This document shows, piece by piece, positions 38,297-46,618 of a stretch of DNA of 46,744 nucleotides. The position numbers and the translations under genes are program-made. Within the stretch, counting starts at the first letter, position 1, and the number at the start of each line of letters is the position of its first letter. The notes beneath the pieces are model-generated. The model had not been told where the DNA came from. It made no database searches and saw nothing but the letters and a program-made list of their open reading frames with translations. Source of the stretch: a virus (Duplodnaviria; Caudoviricetes); the IMG/VR virus record IMGVR_UViG_3300032295_004435, positions 1 through 46,744 of that record; one strand, 5' to 3'.

Positions 38297-40288
38297 ATGA
38301 GGAAAAAGAAAATTTTATTTCATTCCGATTTTTCACTTGCCAAAACTGGCTTTGGAAGAGTAATGAAAACCCTTTTATCTTATTTATACAAGACTGGTAA
38401 ATACGATCTCCATCATGTCTGCTGTGGAATGGTAGAAAATTCTCCCGAATTAAATCAAACTCCATGGAAAAGTTATGGAGCGGTAACATCTGATCAAATA
38501 AAATTAAACAATGCGTCAAAAGATCCAGCCGAAGGCAGAATGCTAGCATATGGATCACGAACCGTAGATGATTTGATTTTTAAAATAAAGCCAGATATTT
38601 ATATTGGGGTTCAAGATTTTTGGGGCGTAGATTTTTCAATAGGTAAAAATTGGTTTAATAAAATTACGAGCTGTATATGGACAACTTTAGACTCGCTTCC
38701 ACTTTTGCCCTCCGCAGTTAAAAAAGCAAAAGATATTAAAAATTACTGGGTCTGGAGCAACTTTGCAGAAAAGGAATTTAAACGCCTCGGACATGATCAT
38801 GTAAAAACAATGCATGGGCCCATTGATTCAAAATTCTTTTTCAAGTTAAGCGATAAAGAAAGGAAAAAACTTAGATTAAAAAATAATCTTCCAGAAGACG
38901 CGACTATTATTGGATTTGTATTCAGAAATCAATTAAGGAAATTGGTTCCAAATCTAATGGAGGGATATCAAATTTGGAAAAAAAATAATCCAAATATCAA
39001 AAATACATATTTACTATTACATACTAGCCTATCTGAAGGCTGGAATATAAAATCCCAAGCCGATCAATACGGAATAGATACAAAAGAAATTTTAGTCACA
39101 TATATATGTTCAAAATGCAAAGAATACGAAGTTAAAAGTTTTGATGACAGGGCTAATAAATTCAAAATTATAAATGATGATGGAGATAAAATTGAAGAGC
39201 CGGTTCAATTAGAATCAAAAGATTGCCCCTTCTGCAAATCTAAAGGGTCTCAAAATACAACATCTGTTGCTCTTGGAGTAACGGAAAACCAATTAAATGA
39301 AGTATATAATTTAATGGATGTTTATGTTCATGCTTTTACGAGCGGCGGGCAGGAAATTCCAATTCAAGAGGCAAAATTAACAGAGCTTATAACTCTTGTT
39401 ACAAATTACAGCTGTGGAGAAGAGTGCTGTGAAGAAGAGGCTTATTCCTTACCCTTGAAATGGAATAAATATTTAGAACATGGGACCGAATTTATAAAGG
39501 CATCTACATGCCCGCATTCAATAGCGGAGCAATTAGACGTATTTTTTAATATGTCCAGCAAGGAAAAGCAAAAGTGGGGCAGAAATGCGAGAAAATGGGT
39601 TTTGCAAAATTTTTCAATAGCAAACGTTGGAAGACGGGTAGAAGACTTTTTAGACAATTCTCCATACATTGACGAAGACGAAAGTTCAAATTTTTTACAA
39701 TCCACTAAGTTAAATAAAAATCCAACAGCATTAATAGACCCTAATCAAGAAAATAAACAATGGCTTAAATCTTTATATAAATTAATTTTAGATACAATAG
39801 TTGAAGACGATGACGAGGGGCTGTTATACTGGATGAGAGAACTTTCAAAAAATGTTCCCAGAGTACAAATAGAGAATTACTTTAGACATGTTGCTCAGAA
39901 AGACATAAATGAAGAAAATCAAAAAAATAAAAAATCTTCCGTTGAAGACTTCATTATCGAAAATAATAATAAAAAAATACTTTATGTAATGCCGGGATTG
40001 GCTCAGGATTGCTTTTTATCAACAGCAATACTCGAAAGTCTTAGGGAGATATATCGTAATGATGAATGGGATTTATATGTTTCGTGCGAACCGCGATTCA
40101 AATCAATATTTGATGGAAATAAAAATATCACAGGATGGATCCCTTATTCAACAGAGATGGACAATCAACTGTTAATGGAGGGCGTTGGAGATCACCAAGG
40201 CTGGTTTGATATATGCTTTAATCCTTATTTCTCCACCCAAAGAATGATAAATTATGTACACAACGGCGAAAATAAATTTTTAATGTAA
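38297..40288 (+). CDS. Multidomain glycosyltransferase: GT4 with zinc-ribbon insert plus C-terminal GT9-like N-domain
   Basis: TGFGR, RNQLRK, CSKC..CPFC insert, GGQEIPIQEA, DDEGLLYW, then KKILYVMPGLAQDCFLSTAILESLREIY. Confidence 0.75.
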   Translation: MRKKKILFHSDFSLAKTGFGRVMKTLLSYLYKTGKYDLHHVCCGMVENSPELNQTPWKSYGAVTSDQIKLNNASKDPAEGRMLAYGSRTVDDLIFKIKPDIYIGVQDFWGVDFSIGKNWFNKITSCIWTTLDSLPLLPSAVKKAKDIKNYWVWSNFAEKEFKRLGHDHVKTMHGPIDSKFFFKLSDKERKKLRLKNNLPEDATIIGFVFRNQLRKLVPNLMEGYQIWKKNNPNIKNTYLLLHTSLSEGWNIKSQADQYGIDTKEILVTYICSKCKEYEVKSFDDRANKFKIINDDGDKIEEPVQLESKDCPFCKSKGSQNTTSVALGVTENQLNEVYNLMDVYVHAFTSGGQEIPIQEAKLTELITLVTNYSCGEECCEEEAYSLPLKWNKYLEHGTEFIKASTCPHSIAEQLDVFFNMSSKEKQKWGRNARKWVLQNFSIANVGRRVEDFLDNSPYIDEDESSNFLQSTKLNKNPTALIDPNQENKQWLKSLYKLILDTIVEDDDEGLLYWMRELSKNVPRVQIENYFRHVAQKDINEENQKNKKSSVEDFIIENNNKKILYVMPGLAQDCFLSTAILESLREIYRNDEWDLYVSCEPRFKSIFDGNKNITGWIPYSTEMDNQLLMEGVGDHQGWFDICFNPYFSTQRMINYVHNGENKFLM

Positions 40289-40290
40289 AA

Positions 40291-41541
40291 ATGCACCTAC
40301 TAGAAACATATAGCTTAAACTGTGGAATTAATCCACAAAGACTTGGGAAACCATATATATATACATCTTACTTTCCAATAGGTTTTGAAAAATATATAAT
40401 CATTCATCCAGACAGCGAAACGCCCGCAAAAAATTATTCGTATTATCAGGATGTAATAGATTTTATTTTTAATAAAGTAGAGGCGATGGGTTATAAAATA
40501 ATCCAAATTGGAAATAAGAGTGATCCAGTTTTAAATAAATGTATTAATTATCAAGGCGTTACAAATATTCATCAAACAGCTTTTATATTGAAGGGTGCGA
40601 GCTTATTGATTGGAAATGATGGCTTTTCCACTCATATGGCTTCAAGTTTTGGAATTCCATCCGTCACGCTATATTCTAACATACAACCAGAGGTAGCCGG
40701 CCCATATTGGAATAATGGCGAACAATTTACAATAATGTCGCCACTTGATGGCAAAAAGCCAAGATATTCCGAACAGGATCCGGATATGGTAATCAATAAG
40801 ATAAAACCAGAAGAAATTATTAAAAAAATACAATTAGCACTCCCTGAAGCTGATTTTTCAAATGAAAGCAAATTGGAATCTTTATTTTTTGGTAAAAATT
40901 ATTCTAAAACCGCCCTTGAATTTGTTCCAGATAAAATAATAAAAATTGATAAGGGAGCTGGTCTTCCATTAAATATTAGATTTGATTATTTAAAAACAAA
41001 TAGCATTACTGATGAGAATTTATATTCAGCATTAGCAAACATAGCATCCAGAAAATGCTGCGTTATTACCTCTCTATCATTTGATTTTAAAAAAATAAAA
41101 ATCGAAGAAATAAAACAAAATATTAATTCTTTTATTTTCCATATAGAAAAGAAACATTTAAATAAAATTGAAGAATCAATAAATTTTATAAAAGAGGCTA
41201 TAAAAATCGGATTAAACCCGAATGTGGCAATTATAAAAGACGAATTTTCAGAGGATCAAATAAACGATTTGAAATTTAAATTTTTAGATATTAGACCAAT
41301 AAATCTATTAGATCAAACCTCATGGGACAAAACCCTAGATGAAAAAGCTAAAGAAAAAATTAACGACTTGACAATGTTTAAAAGTTCTCGTATCATCTAC
41401 TCAAATGGAAAAAATTTCCTAAGCAAGACAGCATATCTTGAAGGAGTTGAGTCTGAGTCTTTCGAGCAAAGACTATCTTTAATAAAAGATAAAAACAGCT
41501 TAGGCAAAGAACTAGAAAATTGTTATATTTATAATCTATAA
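40291..41541 (+). CDS. GT9 (heptosyltransferase-like) C-terminal domain protein
   Basis: IIIHP....AKNY, IQIG, LLIGNDGFSTHMASSFGIPSVTLYS, INKIKPEEI. Confidence 0.75.
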   Translation: MHLLETYSLNCGINPQRLGKPYIYTSYFPIGFEKYIIIHPDSETPAKNYSYYQDVIDFIFNKVEAMGYKIIQIGNKSDPVLNKCINYQGVTNIHQTAFILKGASLLIGNDGFSTHMASSFGIPSVTLYSNIQPEVAGPYWNNGEQFTIMSPLDGKKPRYSEQDPDMVINKIKPEEIIKKIQLALPEADFSNESKLESLFFGKNYSKTALEFVPDKIIKIDKGAGLPLNIRFDYLKTNSITDENLYSALANIASRKCCVITSLSFDFKKIKIEEIKQNINSFIFHIEKKHLNKIEESINFIKEAIKIGLNPNVAIIKDEFSEDQINDLKFKFLDIRPINLLDQTSWDKTLDEKAKEKINDLTMFKSSRIIYSNGKNFLSKTAYLEGVESESFEQRLSLIKDKNSLGKELENCYIYNL

Positions 41542-41544
41542 TTT

Positions 41545-42366
41545 ATGCCAAAAAATAAAAAAAACGAAGAAGAGTCCACATCTGTTAATCCCACTGAAGA
41601 TAACGCTTCAGTAGATCAGTCGCCCGCCAGCGATTTCCAGCCAGTTAAATTCAAAAGAGATGAAAGTGGGCTTCTCTTAGGTAAAAATTATGAATTTACT
41701 CAAGACGGTCTTGTAAATTGGCGTAGGATGATTGATAGTAAATATCTTGTCCCCAATTTGTCAAAATTTCCATCTGGAACTGAAAATAAAAATCTTAATG
41801 TTCAAGAACTTGAAGACTCCCAGCTTCTTATTTTACTTGGTGGTATAAAAGATTTGGCAAATATTAGAGGGTATTCAAAAATTCAATATAATGTTTTTAA
41901 TTGTACGCAAAATCACGTAGCCGTTTCATGTAAAATAACCTGGATGCCAAATTTTGAAACAAGTGGCAAAGAGGTAGAATTTGAATCGCTCGCCGATGCT
42001 CATCTCGATAATACTAAAAGTTTCGCAAAAGATTTTTTAATGGCTATCGCAGAAAACAGAGCCTTCGTAAGATCGGTTAGAAATTTTTTAAGAATTAATA
42101 TTCTTGGAAGTGACGAGCTTGGTGAATCTAAAAATCAAACAGTTATACATACTGAATCCGGAACCGAAACGCAGGTTTCAGCTAGTCACCCGTCAAATGT
42201 TTTAAAAGAAACAATGGCTAAAGCTAATATAACTTTTGAAGTTATAAAAGATACGCTTATCAAAGAAGGTATTCAAGAAGCCGCAAACTGGAATTCAATT
42301 TCTGAAATTCCACACAAAACAATTTTTTCACTAATTCAAAGAATTAAAAAGAAAATTAATAATTGA
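41545..42366 (+). CDS. Putative Rad52/Sak-like single-strand annealing protein
   Basis: GGIKDLA...G, ADA...N, MAIAENRAFVRSVRNFLRI resembles the Rad52-fold AxTxAxxRA helix. Confidence 0.5.
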   Translation: MPKNKKNEEESTSVNPTEDNASVDQSPASDFQPVKFKRDESGLLLGKNYEFTQDGLVNWRRMIDSKYLVPNLSKFPSGTENKNLNVQELEDSQLLILLGGIKDLANIRGYSKIQYNVFNCTQNHVAVSCKITWMPNFETSGKEVEFESLADAHLDNTKSFAKDFLMAIAENRAFVRSVRNFLRINILGSDELGESKNQTVIHTESGTETQVSASHPSNVLKETMAKANITFEVIKDTLIKEGIQEAANWNSISEIPHKTIFSLIQRIKKKINN

Positions 42367-42370
42367 CAAT

Positions 42371-42961
42371 ATGAAAATATTAGCATATTGCTACGGCCCT
42401 TTCTCTTTAAAGAAAGAATCATATTGCAATCAGTTTATTGAAGAAAACACCGATTACTCTTTAATTTCTTGTCATAAAATTAGAGAAAAAATATCTGGAA
42501 GCAAGCTCGCAAAAGATAAATTAATCGAACTCAAGGTAATGGAAGAGGTAAACAATCAATGCTTGAAGATTTTAAATAAGAAAAATAAAAATCTGATTGT
42601 AAACGGCTTATTCTTAAATGAAGAAAGCAGATTGACTTTTTTAAACTCAATAGAAAAAAATTTGAATTTCAAATTCAAAAAAGCTGCGATTGGGTTTCTT
42701 CCCACCAGTTGTGCTTCAACCTACGAGGCTCTAAAAAATACAAAAGATTTCAAAGAAATTGATTTTGAAGATCTTAGAAAGCAATTTTTCAACTTCAAAT
42801 TAGCAAAAAAAAAGGAAGAAGGAGACGTCTTAATTAATAAGATAGAAAATTACGGAGAAAAATTTAATCTCGAAACTCAACTATGGAATAAAGAAGAAAT
42901 AATTTCTTGTAAAGATCTTAAAAAAGTCTCAGAGTATATAAAATTTACAAATAGTTTTTAA
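42371..42961 (+). CDS. Degenerate P-loop kinase (PNK/AAA_33-like)
   Basis: YGPFSLKKESYC at the Walker A position, ISCHKIRE, LIVNG..L...SR. Confidence 0.45.
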   Translation: MKILAYCYGPFSLKKESYCNQFIEENTDYSLISCHKIREKISGSKLAKDKLIELKVMEEVNNQCLKILNKKNKNLIVNGLFLNEESRLTFLNSIEKNLNFKFKKAAIGFLPTSCASTYEALKNTKDFKEIDFEDLRKQFFNFKLAKKKEEGDVLINKIENYGEKFNLETQLWNKEEIISCKDLKKVSEYIKFTNSF

Positions 42962-42989
42962 AATCAAACAAAAATATTAATAATTAATT

Positions 42990-43217
42990 ATGATAACAGC
43001 ATCGTGGCCATCACTAAAATCATCTCCAATGATGGCGGAGATTAGGAAAGCACTGAAAAAAAAGCCTACAAAGGGCGAACCGCCCATTAGCAGAAAAGAA
43101 GCAAATAGAACATGGAGAGAAGACGTCCTTGGAATTCTTTCGGAGGATCAAAAGAAACAAAGAAAAGCAGATCGCCAAAAAAAGAATAAGCGCGCCTCTT
43201 TTAGCGAGGAAGATTAA
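42990..43217 (+). CDS. Hypothetical basic protein
   Basis: 75-aa ORF with ATG, stop 1 nt before the next ATG. Confidence 0.6.
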   Translation: MITASWPSLKSSPMMAEIRKALKKKPTKGEPPISRKEANRTWREDVLGILSEDQKKQRKADRQKKNKRASFSEED

Positions 43218-43218
43218 A

Positions 43219-43617
43219 ATGGCAATTTATAAAAATATCAATATAACGCAAGAATTTCTGGATCATAATCCAGATTCTTACTTTATATTTGGCGACAATC
43301 TGGAGCGATGGGGGCACGGAGGCGCTGCAAAATTACGCGATCACCCTCATTCAATTGGATTTATTACAAAAAAATTTCCAGATAACAAAGAGAGTTCCTT
43401 TTATAAACCAGAAGAATATTCTCCAATCTTTTTCGAGGAACTTAAAAAGTTAAAAAAAACAATAGAGAAGCGTCCGAATAAAATATTTTATATTTCACAG
43501 ATTGGCGGAGGCTTGGCTAATAAATTTTTTATATGGCAAAAACTAATTAAACATAACCTAGTCAGGGAGCTTGAGCCATTTAATAATGTAATTTTCTGCT
43601 GGGATGAAAAAATTTAA
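43219..43617 (+). CDS. Macrodomain-like phage protein
   Basis: FIFGDN...GHGGAA and IGGGLA glycine loops; start set at ATG 43219. Confidence 0.6.
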   Translation: MAIYKNINITQEFLDHNPDSYFIFGDNLERWGHGGAAKLRDHPHSIGFITKKFPDNKESSFYKPEEYSPIFFEELKKLKKTIEKRPNKIFYISQIGGGLANKFFIWQKLIKHNLVRELEPFNNVIFCWDEKI

Positions 43618-43632
43618 CTAAATTATTAATTT

Positions 43633-44142
43633 ATGAATAGTGAAATTGAAAATAAAGAAGCAAAAAAAAATAACGAAAGCGAAGCTTCAATAAAATTCAA
43701 CGAAATTAAAAAAGAATGGACAAGATTAAGAGGCGTAGGTTTTAATAATGATCATCTCTCCGTTAGAGAATCTCCGGGCAAAGGGCTTGGAGTTTTTGCA
43801 AATAAAAAAATAAAACAAGGAGAAGCGATAGAATATTGCCACGCAATTGTCTTAGATTGGAAAAGAAAATATGTACACGATCAATCAATTATTAAATATG
43901 CTTATTGGCACACTTGCCAATGCCAGGATTGTCAAACACATGGAAAGAGCGGGATGATTTTACTTGGAAGTGGATCTATATATAATTCAGCAGAATCAAA
44001 TGAGTCAAAAAATGCAACCTCTGATCTTTATCCAAATTTAAATTTAGCAATATTCAAAGCCGTACAAGATATACAAAAAGATGAAGAAATACTAGTATGG
44101 TGGGGTCAATCTTATTATGACTCCTGGTGCAAAAACAAATAA
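43633..44142 (+). CDS. SET-domain protein (lysine methyltransferase fold)
   Basis: SPGKGLGVFA.K.I..GE, GSIYNS, A.QDI.KDEEI. Confidence 0.8.
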   Translation: MNSEIENKEAKKNNESEASIKFNEIKKEWTRLRGVGFNNDHLSVRESPGKGLGVFANKKIKQGEAIEYCHAIVLDWKRKYVHDQSIIKYAYWHTCQCQDCQTHGKSGMILLGSGSIYNSAESNESKNATSDLYPNLNLAIFKAVQDIQKDEEILVWWGQSYYDSWCKNK

Positions 44143-44150
44143 TTTAATTT

Positions 44151-44777
44151 ATGGAAATTAATCAAGCAGAAACTAAAGACGCAACAAAAGAAAATACCAT
44201 TACTGATAAATCTATCTTGAATAAAATTATTATACATAATATAGAAAATTTTATTACAGATGAAGAAGGAAGTAAAATTTTAGAAAAAGCAGGTAAGGAC
44301 TTAGTCAAACTTACGGTACTTGGTCGTAATGCGGGCGATAACCACAGGACAGCTCAAGGCACATGGCTTGATAATAATGAAACCGTCGCACTTAGAGAAA
44401 AAATTTCTAAAATTATTAATGTTCCAGTAGAAAATTTTGAATACCTACATGTCGTAAAATACGAAATTGGGGGCGAATATAAAACTCATCATGATTTTTT
44501 TCATCCCAATACGGATTATTTTGAAGACGAGATTAAAAGAGGCGGTCAAAGAACTCATTCTGCGCTCATTTATTTGAATGAAGACTTTGAAGGCGGAGAA
44601 ACTGATTTCCCTAAAATTCCATATAGAGCTATTCCTAAAAAGAATAAATTAATTATTTGGAAAAATGTAGATGAAAATAATAAGGTTGAATATAATAGTC
44701 TACATGCTGGACTTCCAGTTACAAAAGGAACTAAATATATTGGTATTTTCTGGGTAAGAGAAGGAAAGTTTATCTAA
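44151..44777 (+). CDS. Prolyl 4-hydroxylase (2OG-Fe(II) dioxygenase)
   Basis: Y..GGEYKTHHD (HxD), GGQR..SALIYLN...GGETDFP, LHAGLPV.KG.K. Confidence 0.9.
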   Translation: MEINQAETKDATKENTITDKSILNKIIIHNIENFITDEEGSKILEKAGKDLVKLTVLGRNAGDNHRTAQGTWLDNNETVALREKISKIINVPVENFEYLHVVKYEIGGEYKTHHDFFHPNTDYFEDEIKRGGQRTHSALIYLNEDFEGGETDFPKIPYRAIPKKNKLIIWKNVDENNKVEYNSLHAGLPVTKGTKYIGIFWVREGKFI

Positions 44778-44809
44778 TTGAATATAATTTTTTTTCAATA
44801 AGGAAAACA

Positions 44810-44838
44810 TTGACATCTTATTCAAAAATTTATTAAAT
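44810..44838 (+). promoter_or_regulatory. Sigma70-like promoter for RNA ligase
   Basis: TTGACA, 17 nt, TTAAAT. Confidence 0.45.
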
Positions 44839-44853
44839 AATTCATGACGTATT

Positions 44854-45867
44854 ATGAAACTCGCTTCAATTGAAATAATAAAAAGTGTAAAAAATCACAC
44901 TAATGCTGATAGTTTAGAACTTCTTGAGGTTCTTGGTTGGCAAGTTGTTGCTAAAAAAGGAATTCATAAAGAGGGAGATAAAGTGATTTTTATCACAATT
45001 GATACTATTGTGCCAAGATACAGCTGGTCAGAGTTTTTGGTTGATCAAAAAAATCCAGACAAACCAATTAGAATTAAAAATATAAAACTTCGCGGCGAAT
45101 ATAGTTCTGGTTTGGTTATTCCTCTTAGCGAATTTCCCGAGCAATTCGCGGAAACCACAGTTGTTGGAGAAAATTTAACGGAATTGCTTGGTATTCAAAA
45201 ATATGTTAAGGAAATTCCGGCAAATCTTTCTGGAGAAACATTGGGCGATTTTCCTACTAGTATTATATCAAAAACAGACGAGGATAATGGATTGAACGAT
45301 CCAGAATTGGTAAATCGGGTCCTAAACCATGACGATCACATTACTATTACCCAAAAGTTGGACGGCAGCTCTATAACTTTAATTGTTGAAAATGGAGAAC
45401 TTGCCCAAGTTTGCACCAGAAATCTTTCAAAAAAAGAAACTGAAAACAACACATTCTGGAAAGCGGCAAGAAAATTGACTTTTCCTAAAAATTGGACTGG
45501 AGTAATTCAGGGGGAGCTTTGCGGCAATGGAATTCAGCGCAATCAACTTAAATTACAAGATGTTAAGATATTTGTATTTCAAATTAGTCAAGATAGAAAG
45601 TACATGAATTACGAAGACATGAAAAGCTTTTGTGAAAATTCATTAAATTGTGACGTAGTCCCCCTTGTTGCCAAGTTTGAAGTGGACGCGACAATTAAAT
45701 TGTGGACAATTCCCTTGCAAAAGCTTCAAGAACTTGCCGATCAGCAAAAGTATCCAAGCGGACTTGATGGAGAAGGAATTGTAGTAAGACCCTCATCATA
45801 TCCAAGAAGTTATTCTTCTCGTCGCCCACTTGGATTTAAATTAATTAATAGAAATTACAAAGACTAA
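44854..45867 (+). CDS. ATP-dependent RNA ligase (Rnl2/DRB0094 family)
   Basis: N-terminal OB (H.NAD.L..V.GWQVV, LRG.YS.G), KTDE, KLDGSS, QGELCG, EGIVVR, FKLIN. Confidence 0.9.
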   Translation: MKLASIEIIKSVKNHTNADSLELLEVLGWQVVAKKGIHKEGDKVIFITIDTIVPRYSWSEFLVDQKNPDKPIRIKNIKLRGEYSSGLVIPLSEFPEQFAETTVVGENLTELLGIQKYVKEIPANLSGETLGDFPTSIISKTDEDNGLNDPELVNRVLNHDDHITITQKLDGSSITLIVENGELAQVCTRNLSKKETENNTFWKAARKLTFPKNWTGVIQGELCGNGIQRNQLKLQDVKIFVFQISQDRKYMNYEDMKSFCENSLNCDVVPLVAKFEVDATIKLWTIPLQKLQELADQQKYPSGLDGEGIVVRPSSYPRSYSSRRPLGFKLINRNYKD

Positions 45868-46052
45868 TGAATGACACTTATGCTCATATCTTAGAAGTAT
45901 CCGAAATTGTCTCATCTATAAAAGAGATGAAAGATAAGGTTTTAGATAATTATTATGCCGACAGCATTAGAGCTAAAGAGCTTCTAGTTGGACTAAATAG
46001 GCTAGAAGATGACGCTGAAGATTTAATTAAAAAATTTGAATCTACTTTTTAG
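45867..46052 (+). CDS. Hypothetical protein, 61 aa
   Basis: Helical ORF overlapping the ligase stop (TAATG). Confidence 0.6.
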   Translation: MNDTYAHILEVSEIVSSIKEMKDKVLDNYYADSIRAKELLVGLNRLEDDAEDLIKKFESTF

Positions 46053-46170
46053 TGTATATATTTTTATGCTAGACTCGATTAGGCAGAGTTAATAAGTAAA
46101 ATTTCTTCCAGCGTGTTAAAAACACGGTAGCCAATGAAAAGCTTTCTAGCAATTGTTCTTTGAAATTTAT

Positions 46171-46583
46171 GGGGGTGCGCAGGTTTTCGATTTATAGTTG
46201 AAATTTAAAAGTGCATGTAGAGGTTAATCGATGGCCTCTTTAAAAATCGATTAAAAACTAAATGCAGAAGACAATACTTCTGACCTCTTAGCTGAGGCTG
46301 AATACATCTTCAACAACGCTGACGACGTTCTCGCTAGCTTTGAAGAAGAGTATTTACTCGCCGCTTAAGAGCCTAACGGTAATCCTCTAACTCCGTTTTG
46401 AATTGCAGGGGTTTTGACGATCCGCTAGAAATCATGTAAAATTCATTGCGGAAAGATCGTATGCATCTTTAAGGCATATAGGTTGGTTAATATGCCATAT
46501 ACCTTATAAATTAAATATATTAAAGCATGTAGTATCTTTTAGATGATATTATAAAGACAGGGGTTCGACTCCCCTCACCTCCT
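46171..46583 (+). ncRNA. ssrA: tmRNA (transfer-messenger RNA) with 34-aa tag ending LAA
   Basis: Acceptor stem GGGGGTG/CACCTCC with G3-U70; T-arm AGGGG-TTCGACT-CCCCT; pseudoknot pk1 (AGAGG/CCTCT and TTAATCGAT/ATCGATTAA); tag reading frame 46264-46368. Confidence 0.93.
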
Positions 46584-46601
46584 GTTAATTTCAAATTTTA
46601 A

Positions 46602-46607
46602 GTGTAA
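46602..46607 (+). promoter_or_regulatory. GTGTAA motif, candidate phage-specific promoter
   Basis: AAGTGTAATTATAA, motif ends 11 nt before ATG 46619. Confidence 0.5.
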
Positions 46608-46618
46608 TTATAAGTAGT

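Noticed and set aside
2220-40871. Many short ORFs antisense or out of frame within long genes (for example 2220-2606, 10917-11147, 12679-13041, 15735-16085, 18085-18390, 20907-21263, 36389-36682)
   Set aside because: They lie wholly or largely inside well-supported genes and show no motifs; shadow ORFs
42363-42391. TTGACA at 42363 as a promoter
   Set aside because: No good -10 at 16-18 nt spacing, and it would start inside the downstream ORF
46559-46583. Stand-alone tRNA suggested by the GGTTCGACTCC T-arm
   Set aside because: Its acceptor partner is about 400 nt upstream, with a pseudoknot and tag ORF in between; it is the tmRNA 3' end
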